This document shows positions 34,621 through 41,754 of a DNA stretch of 56,603 bases, piece after piece. Origin of the DNA: an uncultured Gammaproteobacteria bacterium. GTDB lineage: Bacteria; Patescibacteriota; Microgenomatia; UBA1406; HO2-37-13b. The notes under the pieces are model-generated. The model had not been told where the DNA came from. It searched no databases and saw nothing but the letters and a program-made list of their open reading frames with translations. Each line of letters starts with the position of its first letter. The first letter of the stretch is position 1. Both the position numbers and the translations under genes were made by a program. The stretch lies in assembly GCA_964614975.1 (NCBI GenBank), contig CAZTOA010000002.1, positions 1 through 56,603 of the forward strand, read 5' to 3'.

Positions 34621-35622
34621 TCAGCGGTTGAAGCTGAACGCGGGGAGGAAGCGGCGCCGATTGACGAAGGCCAGGCCGAAAGCCGCGCCGATCGCCATGA
34701 GCCAGCCGATGATGTCGGTGGCCGCGCCGGTGGTGGCACCCTTCGAGCCGGCCAACTTGAGGTCGAACGGCTGGCAGACGCCATCGACCCGGGTGAGCTT
34801 GGTGAAGCTGCCACCGGGAGTCGCGTCCAGGTCGCCGAGGTACATGGGCTTGCCGCCGGAAGTCGGGATGCGGAAGACCCGCCAATTCCCGCTGCTGATG
34901 GCCACCTTGATGCCCACGGCGAGGCCGTCGAAGCTGCGCTCCATGCCCAGCTTCTTGTCCTTGTTGAAGGCCGCCAGGGCCGCCTCGGCGGTCATGGCCT
35001 TGCCGTTCAGCACGAACAGGAGCTTGCCCGTGAACACGTCGTTGGTGTCACCCACGATGACCTCGGCGGTCTTGGTCGTGGTGATCGGCGACGTGGTGGC
35101 GAAGAGGCACATGGCGGTGCCGGTCGGGGCCGCGGCCGTGGTCGTCTTGGTCGTGCCGGTCTTGGCCTTGGCCGTGGTCGTGCCGCAATAGCCACCGAAG
35201 GTGTTCGACTGACCGCCGACGACTGTGAGGAACGTCGGGATGACCTTGACGTTCGTGCCGTTGAAGAGCACGACGACGTAGTCACCCTCGTCGACCCCGC
35301 CGCCACCGACGGTCGTGCCGCCCTTGACGGTGTCGACCACGGTGGTGCGGAGCTGGTAGACGTTGGCCACGCCGGCCTCGTTGGTGCCGGTGATGACCTT
35401 GCCGTTCTTGACGGCCCAGCCCGGGGCATCGGCGTAGAAGAACTTGGCCCAGGTCTGGCCGGAGCCCTCGGAGGGCTGGCACAGCTCCAGGCTGACGTTG
35501 CCCTGGCCGCCCATGGTGGACGGCGAGGCGTTGGCGGTGCCGGCGAAGCCGGCGAGCATGGAGGCCACCAGGACGGCGGCCAGGCCGAAGGACGTGACGA
35601 TGCGATTGAAGCGGGTGGACAT
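34621..35622 (-). CDS. Cassette 7 ORF: 333-aa secreted surface protein with C-terminal sorting-signal-like tail
   Basis: AAGGAG (35633-35638) lies 10 nt upstream of the ATG at 35622. Signal peptide MSTRFNRIVTSFGLAAVLVASMLAGFAGTANA. Two Cys-bracketed domains joined by TTAKAKTGTTKTTTAAAPTGT. The C-terminus is IIGWLMAIGAAFGLAFVNRRRF. Almost every codon ends in G/C. Confidence 0.6.
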   Translation of the reverse strand: MSTRFNRIVTSFGLAAVLVASMLAGFAGTANASPSTMGGQGNVSLELCQPSEGSGQTWAKFFYADAPGWAVKNGKVITGTNEAGVANVYQLRTTVVDTVKGGTTVGGGGVDEGDYVVVLFNGTNVKVIPTFLTVVGGQSNTFGGYCGTTTAKAKTGTTKTTTAAAPTGTAMCLFATTSPITTTKTAEVIVGDTNDVFTGKLLFVLNGKAMTAEAALAAFNKDKKLGMERSFDGLAVGIKVAISSGNWRVFRIPTSGGKPMYLGDLDATPGGSFTKLTRVDGVCQPFDLKLAGSKGATTGAATDIIGWLMAIGAAFGLAFVNRRRFLPAFSFNR

Positions 35623-35817
35623 GGCGTTCGAGCTCCTTTGATATGCGCTGGTGCGCTGGGTTGGTTCCTGCAAGGGAAATACTCGCGACAGCGTCACGAA
35701 TAGTCTTCCCCGCAGGAGAGGGAAGACATGCTGCAGATACGTCATTTGGCGTACCCGCAACATACCTTCCCCCTAAGCAGGGAAAAACATGCCCTTACAA
35801 AAGGCCCATATAATTAA

Positions 35818-35830
35818 TCAACTCTCTCCT
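35818..35830. repeat. Right terminal inverted repeat of cassette 7
   Basis: TCAACTCTCTCCT. Lies in the spacer of a possible TTGAAA-18-TATATG promoter (35831-35836 / 35807-35812, minus strand). Confidence 0.7.
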
Positions 35831-35987
35831 TTTCAAAGTACTTCCCCAATAAGAACCACAACAATAATGCTTTACTATTGATGAGATATATAAAAGGGGA
35901 TAATGGCCGATAGTATATCATACTATAAGATGGAATGCAAGTCATATAGTTTCAGCCAATATTTTTAATATGCTTTTAATTTGACTG

Positions 35988-36200
35988 ATGTATGCTAGCG
36001 ATATGATGCGTTATATTTTTCAAATCTTCGGTGAGTTTTCAGTAGGTATATCAACTATCTATTATGGCTTTGTAGTATCCACTCTGAGTTTTGAGGATGA
36101 TCCTCATAGCAAGGCTTTGTATATTCTGAACAATTTGATCTTTGGTATAATGTTTTTCATATTCGCTGTTATTATTCGTTCACAACAATCTGAGTTATGA
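35988..36200 (+). CDS. Small membrane protein
   Basis: 70 aa. An alternative ATG at 36003 has TATGCT 6 nt upstream. Hydrophobic helices. Confidence 0.4.
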   Translation: MYASDMMRYIFQIFGEFSVGISTIYYGFVVSTLSFEDDPHSKALYILNNLIFGIMFFIFAVIIRSQQSEL

Positions 36201-36346
36201 TCACACAAGAATTTCTACAAGATGTGAATATGGGATTCTTTATCAGCGGTGGTCTTCTGCTTATCGTGTTTATTCTTATGTATATTGCATATCGTCGCGA
36301 TCAATTTTATTCTTCACAGAAGAAGAAGCAAACCAGACCTGCTTGA
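36197..36346 (+). CDS. 49-aa single-TM peptide coupled to the preceding ORF
   Basis: Hand translation: MITQEFLQDVNMGFFISGGLLLIVFILMYIAYRRDQFYSSQKKKQTRPA. ATGA start/stop overlap at 36197-36200. Confidence 0.35.
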   Translation: MITQEFLQDVNMGFFISGGLLLIVFILMYIAYRRDQFYSSQKKKQTRPA

Positions 36347-36372
36347 CAATAAGAATAGACGCGCAGTATAAT
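36343..36372 (+). promoter_or_regulatory. Strong sigma70-type promoter TTGACA-18-TATAAT
   Basis: TTGACA at 36343-36348 and TATAAT at 36367-36372. No ORF start follows for ~300 nt. Confidence 0.55.
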
Positions 36373-36378
36373 AGGGTT

Positions 36379-36587
36379 GATCCTCCTTACAAAGAGGCGT
36401 GTACATTGAAAAAGTTTTTCTAACAATTTCATCAATCAGGGTAATCCATAGTTTCGATTGAAAATATCTAATTATGGAAATCTGGCGGTATCCCGGGATC
36501 CTCTGTTCAGTTTTGAACACGTCGCGGGTGCACCCACCCATTGCTTCATGGAAAAACTTTCTGTATAGCCCTTTATTTAGGAGGGTC
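36379..36587 (+). ncRNA. Candidate ~210-nt rod-like structured RNA (6S-like RNA or rho leader element)
   Basis: The 5' end GATCCTCCT (36379-36387) pairs with AGGAGGGTC (36579-36587). AAAGTTTTTC (36411-36420) pairs perfectly with GAAAAACTTT (36551-36560). Intervening bases pair collinearly with small bulges, giving a ~40-bp imperfect closing helix. Confidence 0.3.
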
Positions 36588-36678
36588 ATTTATTTCCCAC
36601 TGTATATATATTTCCCTTGATTTTCGTACGTAATTAATTATTAGTCATTTATTATTATTCATTCAATTCTAAACTCAT

Positions 36679-38010
36679 ATGTCAGATGATGACACACTTT
36701 TGAACCCCGATGAACTCCACTTTAAGGATTCTCATCCAATACTTCCTGTCGAAGATTTGCCAGAAACTTCTATAGAGAAGCCAGTAGAGGTACCAATTAG
36801 CCAGCCAGTTGCACAAGTACATCATGCCGCGCCAGCTTATGCAGCGCCGATGCGTGAAGAAATGCCACTTGAAGAGCGCATTCAAGAAGATCTTAAAAAC
36901 TCTTTCCCAGGAAAGGGTATTCTTGAAATTACACCCTCAGGTTTTGGCTTTTTGCGTCCAAAATTTACCCCATCGCAAGATGATATTTATGTATCGCAAT
37001 CACAAATTCGCAAGTTTTGGCTTCGCGCAGGAGATGAAGTCGAAGGCCTTATTCGACCTCCAAAGGATAATGAAAAGTACCATGGTCTTTTAAAGATAGA
37101 AAAGGTCAACGATATTCCTATGACCGAAGACGATAGTCGTAATAGAAAGCGCTTTAGCGCACTTACTTCCATGTATCCAGATAGACAAATCAAGCTCGAA
37201 ACCGAGCCTGATATCTTGTCTACACGTATTATGGATTTAGTGTCACCAATCGGATTTGGTCAGCGTGGACTTATTGTATCGCCACCAAAAGCTGGAAAAA
37301 CGACACTTTTGAAGCAAATTGCGAACGGTATTATTACAAATCATCCGAATGCACATCTAATAGCTATCTTGATCGGTGAGCGACCAGAAGAGGTAACTGA
37401 TCTTGCGCGATCAATTAAGGCTGAGGTGGTTTCTTCGCATTTTGACCAGTCACCTCGTGATCAGATCCGCGCGGCTGAAATAGGACTTGAGCGTGCAAAA
37501 CGCCTTGTCGAGACTGGAAAAGACGTTGTCATATTACTCGATTCTATAACAAGACTTGCACGTGCGTACAATTTTGCAGTCAACCCTTCTGGAAGAACTC
37601 TTTCGGGTGGATTTGATCCTGCTGCTTTGTACCCAGCTAAGAAATTCTTAGGTGCAGCTCGAAATTGTGAAGAAGGTGGAAGTTTGACCATTATCGGTAC
37701 TGCTCTTGTAAATACAGAATCTCGTATGGATGACCTTATTTATGAAGAGTTTAAGGGAACGGGTAATATGGAGCTTCACCTTGACCGTGATTCAGCAAAT
37801 AAGCGTATTTACCCAGCAATTGATATTGAGCGTTCAGGAACACGCCATGACGAACTTTTGTTCGACAAGGATACTCTTGATAAGCTCGCAACATTGCGCC
37901 GCATGATGGCCTTACTCGATAAAGATGAGCGTATAACCGCCATGATCGACAAGCTTTCTAAGGTAAAAACGAATGCTGAGTTTCTTAAGGAGCTCACTGT
38001 CGGGAAGTAA
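36679..38010 (+). CDS. rho: Transcription termination factor Rho
   Basis: N-terminal extension, RNA-binding OB region (GFGFLR), Walker A PPKAGKTTLL and RLARAYN motif. Confidence 0.95.
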   Translation: MSDDDTLLNPDELHFKDSHPILPVEDLPETSIEKPVEVPISQPVAQVHHAAPAYAAPMREEMPLEERIQEDLKNSFPGKGILEITPSGFGFLRPKFTPSQDDIYVSQSQIRKFWLRAGDEVEGLIRPPKDNEKYHGLLKIEKVNDIPMTEDDSRNRKRFSALTSMYPDRQIKLETEPDILSTRIMDLVSPIGFGQRGLIVSPPKAGKTTLLKQIANGIITNHPNAHLIAILIGERPEEVTDLARSIKAEVVSSHFDQSPRDQIRAAEIGLERAKRLVETGKDVVILLDSITRLARAYNFAVNPSGRTLSGGFDPAALYPAKKFLGAARNCEEGGSLTIIGTALVNTESRMDDLIYEEFKGTGNMELHLDRDSANKRIYPAIDIERSGTRHDELLFDKDTLDKLATLRRMMALLDKDERITAMIDKLSKVKTNAEFLKELTVGK

Positions 38011-38069
38011 GCGCGAGCCAAGTTTTTCTGCTTGCACATCCATTTTTTGTGGAGTAAAATGGTCCAATT

Positions 38070-39362
38070 ATGGATCCATTTGAAAATGCGCTAACGTTTC
38101 TCAATAACATCAAGTCTAATCTTTCAAAAGAGCATCAGAAATACCTTTCTAGACTTCAAAAGCCCCAAAATATCGTAAAAGGTGAGCTCGAAATTACCAT
38201 GGATAATGGTAAGAAGAAGAAATTCCAGGCATTTCGATCTCAGCATAATAATGCTCTCGGCCCCTATAAAGGCGGTATCCGTTTTCATCCCAATGTTTCC
38301 GAATCTGAGGTCAAGGCTTTGTCTCTTTGGATGTCGCTCAAGACTTCTATTGCCGGAATTCCATATGGAGGCGGCAAAGGTGGGATTATCGTAGAGCCTC
38401 GCGACTTAAGTGCCGGCGAACTTGAGCGTCTTTCACGCGCATATATAACCTTTATTGCACCTCATATTGGTGTTGATAAAGATGTTCCAGCGCCTGATGT
38501 CAATACAAATGGACAAATTATGGCCTGGATGCTTGATGAGTACGAGAAGCTCCAAGGCCATCATGAACCTGGCGTTTTAACAGGTAAACCGCTTGAAATT
38601 GGTGGGTCTGAAGGTCGCACAAAGGCAACAGGTTATGGCGGCGTTTTGGCTCTGGAAGCGCTTCTTGAGCAAATTAAAGATGTTATCGATAAGCCTAAGG
38701 CACAGATTACGATTGCGGTTCAAGGATTTGGAAATGTAGGCTATTATTTTGCAAAAATAGCTTCGGATCAAGGATACCGCGTCGTAGCAGTCTCGGATTC
38801 AAAAGGTGGCGTATATATTGAAGAAGGACTTGATCCAGCAGCCACACTTGCATGCAAAGAACAGAAAGGAAAGATCTCGAATTGTTACTGTGTTGGCGGC
38901 GTTTGTGAGCTCGGAAAAGGTAAAGAAATTACAAATGAAGCTTTGCTCGAGCTCGATGTAGATGTGTTGGTGCCTGCGGCCTTAGAAAACGTATTGCATA
39001 AAGATAATGCAGGCAAGATTAAGGCGAAAGTAGTCATCGAAATGGCAAATGGGCCGTTAACAAGCGAGGCTGACGACATTTTGACGAAAAAAGGTGTTTT
39101 AGTTGTGCCTGACATATTTTCGAATGCAGGTGGAGTAACTGTTTCATACCTAGAATGGGTTCAAAATCGCATGGGTTACTACTGGAGTGAGGCTGAGGTT
39201 GATGCCAAGCTTGAAAACCTTATGGCAAAGGCTTTTGAGGCTATGTGGAAGAAGTATGGCGAGCTCAAGGAGAAGGATAAAAAGAGCGCGAGCCTCAGAA
39301 AAGCAGCATATATTCTCGCTGTTGAGCGTATTCTAGCAGCTGAGATGCTTAGAAGACCGTAA
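38070..39362 (+). CDS. gdhA: Glutamate dehydrogenase (Glu/Leu/Phe/Val dehydrogenase family)
   Basis: YKGGIRFHP, PYGGGKGG and GFGNVG dinucleotide-fold motifs. Confidence 0.9.
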   Translation: MDPFENALTFLNNIKSNLSKEHQKYLSRLQKPQNIVKGELEITMDNGKKKKFQAFRSQHNNALGPYKGGIRFHPNVSESEVKALSLWMSLKTSIAGIPYGGGKGGIIVEPRDLSAGELERLSRAYITFIAPHIGVDKDVPAPDVNTNGQIMAWMLDEYEKLQGHHEPGVLTGKPLEIGGSEGRTKATGYGGVLALEALLEQIKDVIDKPKAQITIAVQGFGNVGYYFAKIASDQGYRVVAVSDSKGGVYIEEGLDPAATLACKEQKGKISNCYCVGGVCELGKGKEITNEALLELDVDVLVPAALENVLHKDNAGKIKAKVVIEMANGPLTSEADDILTKKGVLVVPDIFSNAGGVTVSYLEWVQNRMGYYWSEAEVDAKLENLMAKAFEAMWKKYGELKEKDKKSASLRKAAYILAVERILAAEMLRRP

Positions 39363-39959
39363 CCTGTCCAGGATCGTATCCTTCGATATCCAACTACGCT
39401 CTCGTGTTCCAAGATAATCTCTTAAGCTTGACCACAGATATGCTTCTGGATCTTGCGTACCAAATTGTAGCTCAGATGGGTTGTGGTGTATGTAATTTAG
39501 CACGGTTTTATAGTAGGTCTCATTCTTGACATGAATTCCCTTGTATCTTGCCTGGAACAACGGTCCTATACGCTCATATTTCTTTCCATAGTACATAGCA
39601 TAGCTTGTTTGAAGTGACTTCATAAACTGAGAAATGGAGCGTTCACCAACTTGTTCTACAAGCAGATGAAAGTGGTTTGGCATAAGGCAAAATGCCAGCA
39701 GCTTAATCTCTTTAGAGTAGTTTTTTTGTCGAGAAGCTCTGTGCAGCAGGTGAGTAAGGCGTTTCGAGCTTACGGGAAGTGTGGCGTGTTTTAACGCTGT
39801 ATATAGTTCACTGGCAGGGCACAGATACATTGTTAGACCCCTTTCAAAATACGCATAATCATCTGTGTTATGGTAAATTTCCATCTTATCAATACCACGA
39901 TTATAAATGTGATATAGCCCTCCGGCTACAAATTCTTTCCGTTCATGTCGTGATGGCAT
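39333..39959 (-). CDS. IS200/IS605-type Y1 (HUH) transposase-like protein, RayT-like
   Basis: YHIYNRG..., LMPNHFHLLV (HUH) and YIHHNPSE motifs. Its 3' end overlaps gdh by 30 nt. No TnpB or flanking hairpin family seen. Confidence 0.75.
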   Translation of the reverse strand: MPSRHERKEFVAGGLYHIYNRGIDKMEIYHNTDDYAYFERGLTMYLCPASELYTALKHATLPVSSKRLTHLLHRASRQKNYSKEIKLLAFCLMPNHFHLLVEQVGERSISQFMKSLQTSYAMYYGKKYERIGPLFQARYKGIHVKNETYYKTVLNYIHHNPSELQFGTQDPEAYLWSSLRDYLGTRERSWISKDTILDRLRSSKHLSC

Positions 39960-40007
39960 ACTGTGGAAATTGTAGGGTATTAATGTTAAGATCTTATTAA
40001 GTTAACG

Positions 40008-40021
40008 AACCTGAACAGGTT
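40008..40021. promoter_or_regulatory. Palindrome AACCTG-AA-CAGGTT immediately upstream of the CsoR-like gene (candidate operator)
   Basis: Perfect 6-bp arms, 12 nt before the ATG at 40034, i.e. over the expected -10/start region of a leaderless-type promoter. Confidence 0.4.
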
Positions 40022-40033
40022 ACGGTCTTGATT

Positions 40034-40252
40034 ATGGATACACGTATAAACAGACTCGTTGGGCAGATCGAAGGTATTCGTCGCATGATAAATAGTAAGC
40101 GAAAGAGTGGCGATGTCGTTCAACAAATACTTGCGGCGCGTGAAGCGCTCACAAAAATCGGCATGCTTGTCTTAAAAGAAGAGCTTGGTGAAGCCTCAGG
40201 AAAAAATAAAGCCAAAATGGATAAACTTCTCGAACAAATCTTCAGAATGTAA
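40034..40252 (+). CDS. CsoR/RcnR/FrmR-family (DUF156) transcriptional repressor lacking the Cys/His metal ligands
   Basis: RINRLVGQIEGIRRMI...QQILAAREALTKIGMLVLKEEL matches the family helix pattern. There are no Cys or His residues at the usual x-C-H-C positions. The ORF track starts at the TTG at 40028. Confidence 0.7.
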   Translation: MDTRINRLVGQIEGIRRMINSKRKSGDVVQQILAAREALTKIGMLVLKEELGEASGKNKAKMDKLLEQIFRM

Positions 40253-40253
40253 T

Positions 40254-40282
40254 TTGCATATCCTATAGTTCTGTATTAAAAT
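40254..40282 (+). promoter_or_regulatory. Promoter of cassette 8 (TTGCAT-17-TAAAAT)
   Basis: -35 at 40254-40259 and -10 at 40277-40282, directly after the CsoR-like stop codon. Confidence 0.5.
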
Positions 40283-40317
40283 AGTAGCTCGCGTTGTCCT
40301 ACCATAAGGAGTTTGCG

Positions 40318-40533
40318 GTGATACCCAACGACGTGGTGCAGTTTCCGTGGGATGGTCATACGTATGCCATCCCTTCCACACGGGTTGCCGATCAGGTGAT
40401 ATGCATGCCTGGCGGCACGAAGAAGCTCGTCGTTCGCAGCTGGAAGCCAAATGGCAGCCCGCATGTTGTCATCCAGCTCGACAGCTCAAACGCTCCCGAG
40501 AGCGTTTGCGTCTGGGCCACGCTCGTCAGCTAG
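40318..40533 (+). CDS. Cassette 8 ORF: 71-aa protein (V)IPNDVVQFPWDGHTYAIPSTRVADQVICMPGGTKKLVVRSWKPNGSPHVVIQLDSSNAPESVCVWATLVS
   Basis: AAGGAG (40306-40311) lies 6 nt upstream of the GTG at 40318. GC-rich codons. The ORF-track version starts at a TTG inside the leader. Confidence 0.5.
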   Translation: MIPNDVVQFPWDGHTYAIPSTRVADQVICMPGGTKKLVVRSWKPNGSPHVVIQLDSSNAPESVCVWATLVS

Positions 40534-40568
40534 TCTGACGCATACTGGCCGTGTAGGACGTATTCGCT

Positions 40569-40598
40569 GAAGCCGGCCCCCACTGCGGGGCCGGCTTC
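40569..40598 (+). terminator. GC-rich hairpin ending cassette 8
   Basis: GAAGCCGGCCCC / GGGGCCGGCTTC perfect 12-bp stem with loop CACTGC. Confidence 0.6.
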
Positions 40599-40653
40599 TC
40601 AATCCTTTCCTGGAAAAACGTAACCCTCCTTTTCTGCTATAATGTAAGTCTCA

Positions 40654-41745
40654 ATGATTTCGGAAAAGACCTTCGCGAGGGAACTTGCTGAGTTCATTCG
40701 TTTCCTTGCAGGCTACATAAAACTCCGGCTCCATGGTTGGGGAACCAATTTTGAGCACATCAAAGACATAATCGTTGCCTTCTTAGTAGTTAAGAGAGGT
40801 AAGTATTCCCAGTCTTTTCTTAATACCTCGTTCTTTCTACTTGTTGGAGCAACACTTATCGCAGGTCCAATTATTATTGAAAACAACCCTTTTATTTCTG
40901 ATTATTTTCAGAATGAAGAAAGTTCTGTGCAAAGTGTTTTGGCCACAGATGTAAGCGACTTATCAGTACAGACTACAATATCTAATAAACCGCGTGCCGA
41001 GATTCGTGAATATAAGGTTAAAGCAGGTGATACGCTCGCAAGCATAGCAGACCAATTTGATATAAGCGTAGACTCGTTAAAGTGGGAGAATAACCTAAAA
41101 GGAGATTCTATAAAGCCTGGTCAAACAATTCGTGTTTTACCTGTATCTGGAGTGGCACATAAAGTAAAGTCAGGAGAAAGCATTTATTCTATTGCAAAGC
41201 GATACGGTGTTGACGCGCAGTCAATAGTTAACTTTCCATTCAACGAATTTGAAGATCTTGATACATTTGCTTTAAGCGTAGGTCAGACATTAATTGTTCC
41301 AGGTGGAACACCACCACAAGAGAAACCCACTATTGTTAGGGGTAAGGCTCCACAACGAGTTAATATTGTTGCTGGACAACCTGGAAGTGGTCGATTTATT
41401 TGGCCAACAACAGGAAGTGTAAGTCAATATCCAGTGTATTATCACATGGCGCTAGATATTGCGAATCGCTCACTCCCTCCTGTCATAGCCTCAGATACGG
41501 GAACAGTTTCATTCTCTGGATGTGTAGGGTATGGATATGGATGCCATGTCATCATTGATCACGGAAATGGCTTCCAAACGCTCTATGGGCATCTTTCGCG
41601 TATAGATGTAAATGCTGGTCAAAATGTAAGTCAGGGAGAAAAGATTGGAACACTTGGATCAACAGGGCGTTCTACAGGGCCTCATTTGCACTTCGAAGTG
41701 CGTAAGGGTGGAGTGCTTCAAAATCCGCTAGGATATCTGCAGTAA
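40654..41745 (+). CDS. LysM-domain M23 peptidoglycan endopeptidase
   Basis: Two LysM repeats (YKVKAGDTLASIADQF, HKVKSGESIYSIAKRYGV), then the M23 motif HxxxD...HLHFEV. Confidence 0.9.
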   Translation: MISEKTFARELAEFIRFLAGYIKLRLHGWGTNFEHIKDIIVAFLVVKRGKYSQSFLNTSFFLLVGATLIAGPIIIENNPFISDYFQNEESSVQSVLATDVSDLSVQTTISNKPRAEIREYKVKAGDTLASIADQFDISVDSLKWENNLKGDSIKPGQTIRVLPVSGVAHKVKSGESIYSIAKRYGVDAQSIVNFPFNEFEDLDTFALSVGQTLIVPGGTPPQEKPTIVRGKAPQRVNIVAGQPGSGRFIWPTTGSVSQYPVYYHMALDIANRSLPPVIASDTGTVSFSGCVGYGYGCHVIIDHGNGFQTLYGHLSRIDVNAGQNVSQGEKIGTLGSTGRSTGPHLHFEVRKGGVLQNPLGYLQ

Positions 41746-41754
41746 GACCGTGTC

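Larger units (their letters stand above)
34543..35830 (-). mobile_element. TIR-bounded GC-rich cassette 7 (1288 bp, no transposase)
   Basis: 13-bp perfect inverted repeats at both ends enclose the leader, one CDS and a terminator hairpin. G+C counted 44/60 at 34681-34740 versus 18/60 at 34441-34500. Confidence 0.45.

Noticed and set aside
34552-35703. Long ORFs on both strands of cassette 7 (383 aa and 204 aa on plus, 140/129/97 aa on minus in other frames)
   Set aside because: They are typical shadow ORFs of very GC-rich DNA: Arg/Gly/Ala/Pro-rich, with no SD and no start context. Only the 34621-35622 minus frame has an SD, a signal peptide, a sensible domain layout and a G/C third-position bias.
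36314-36589. 91-aa minus-strand ORF between the small membrane genes and rho
   Set aside because: It has no promoter or start context and an odd composition. It lies exactly antisense to a region with a strong plus-strand promoter and a long collinear helix, so it is more likely RNA than protein.
6715-40598. The GC-rich terminal hairpins as REP/BIME elements mobilised by the RayT-like gene
   Set aside because: REPs are a repeated sequence family. Here every hairpin has a different sequence (for example GTGCGCCCCG, CCCCCGGCGGC, GAAGCCGGCCCC, GGAGCCG), so they do not form a family that I can see.
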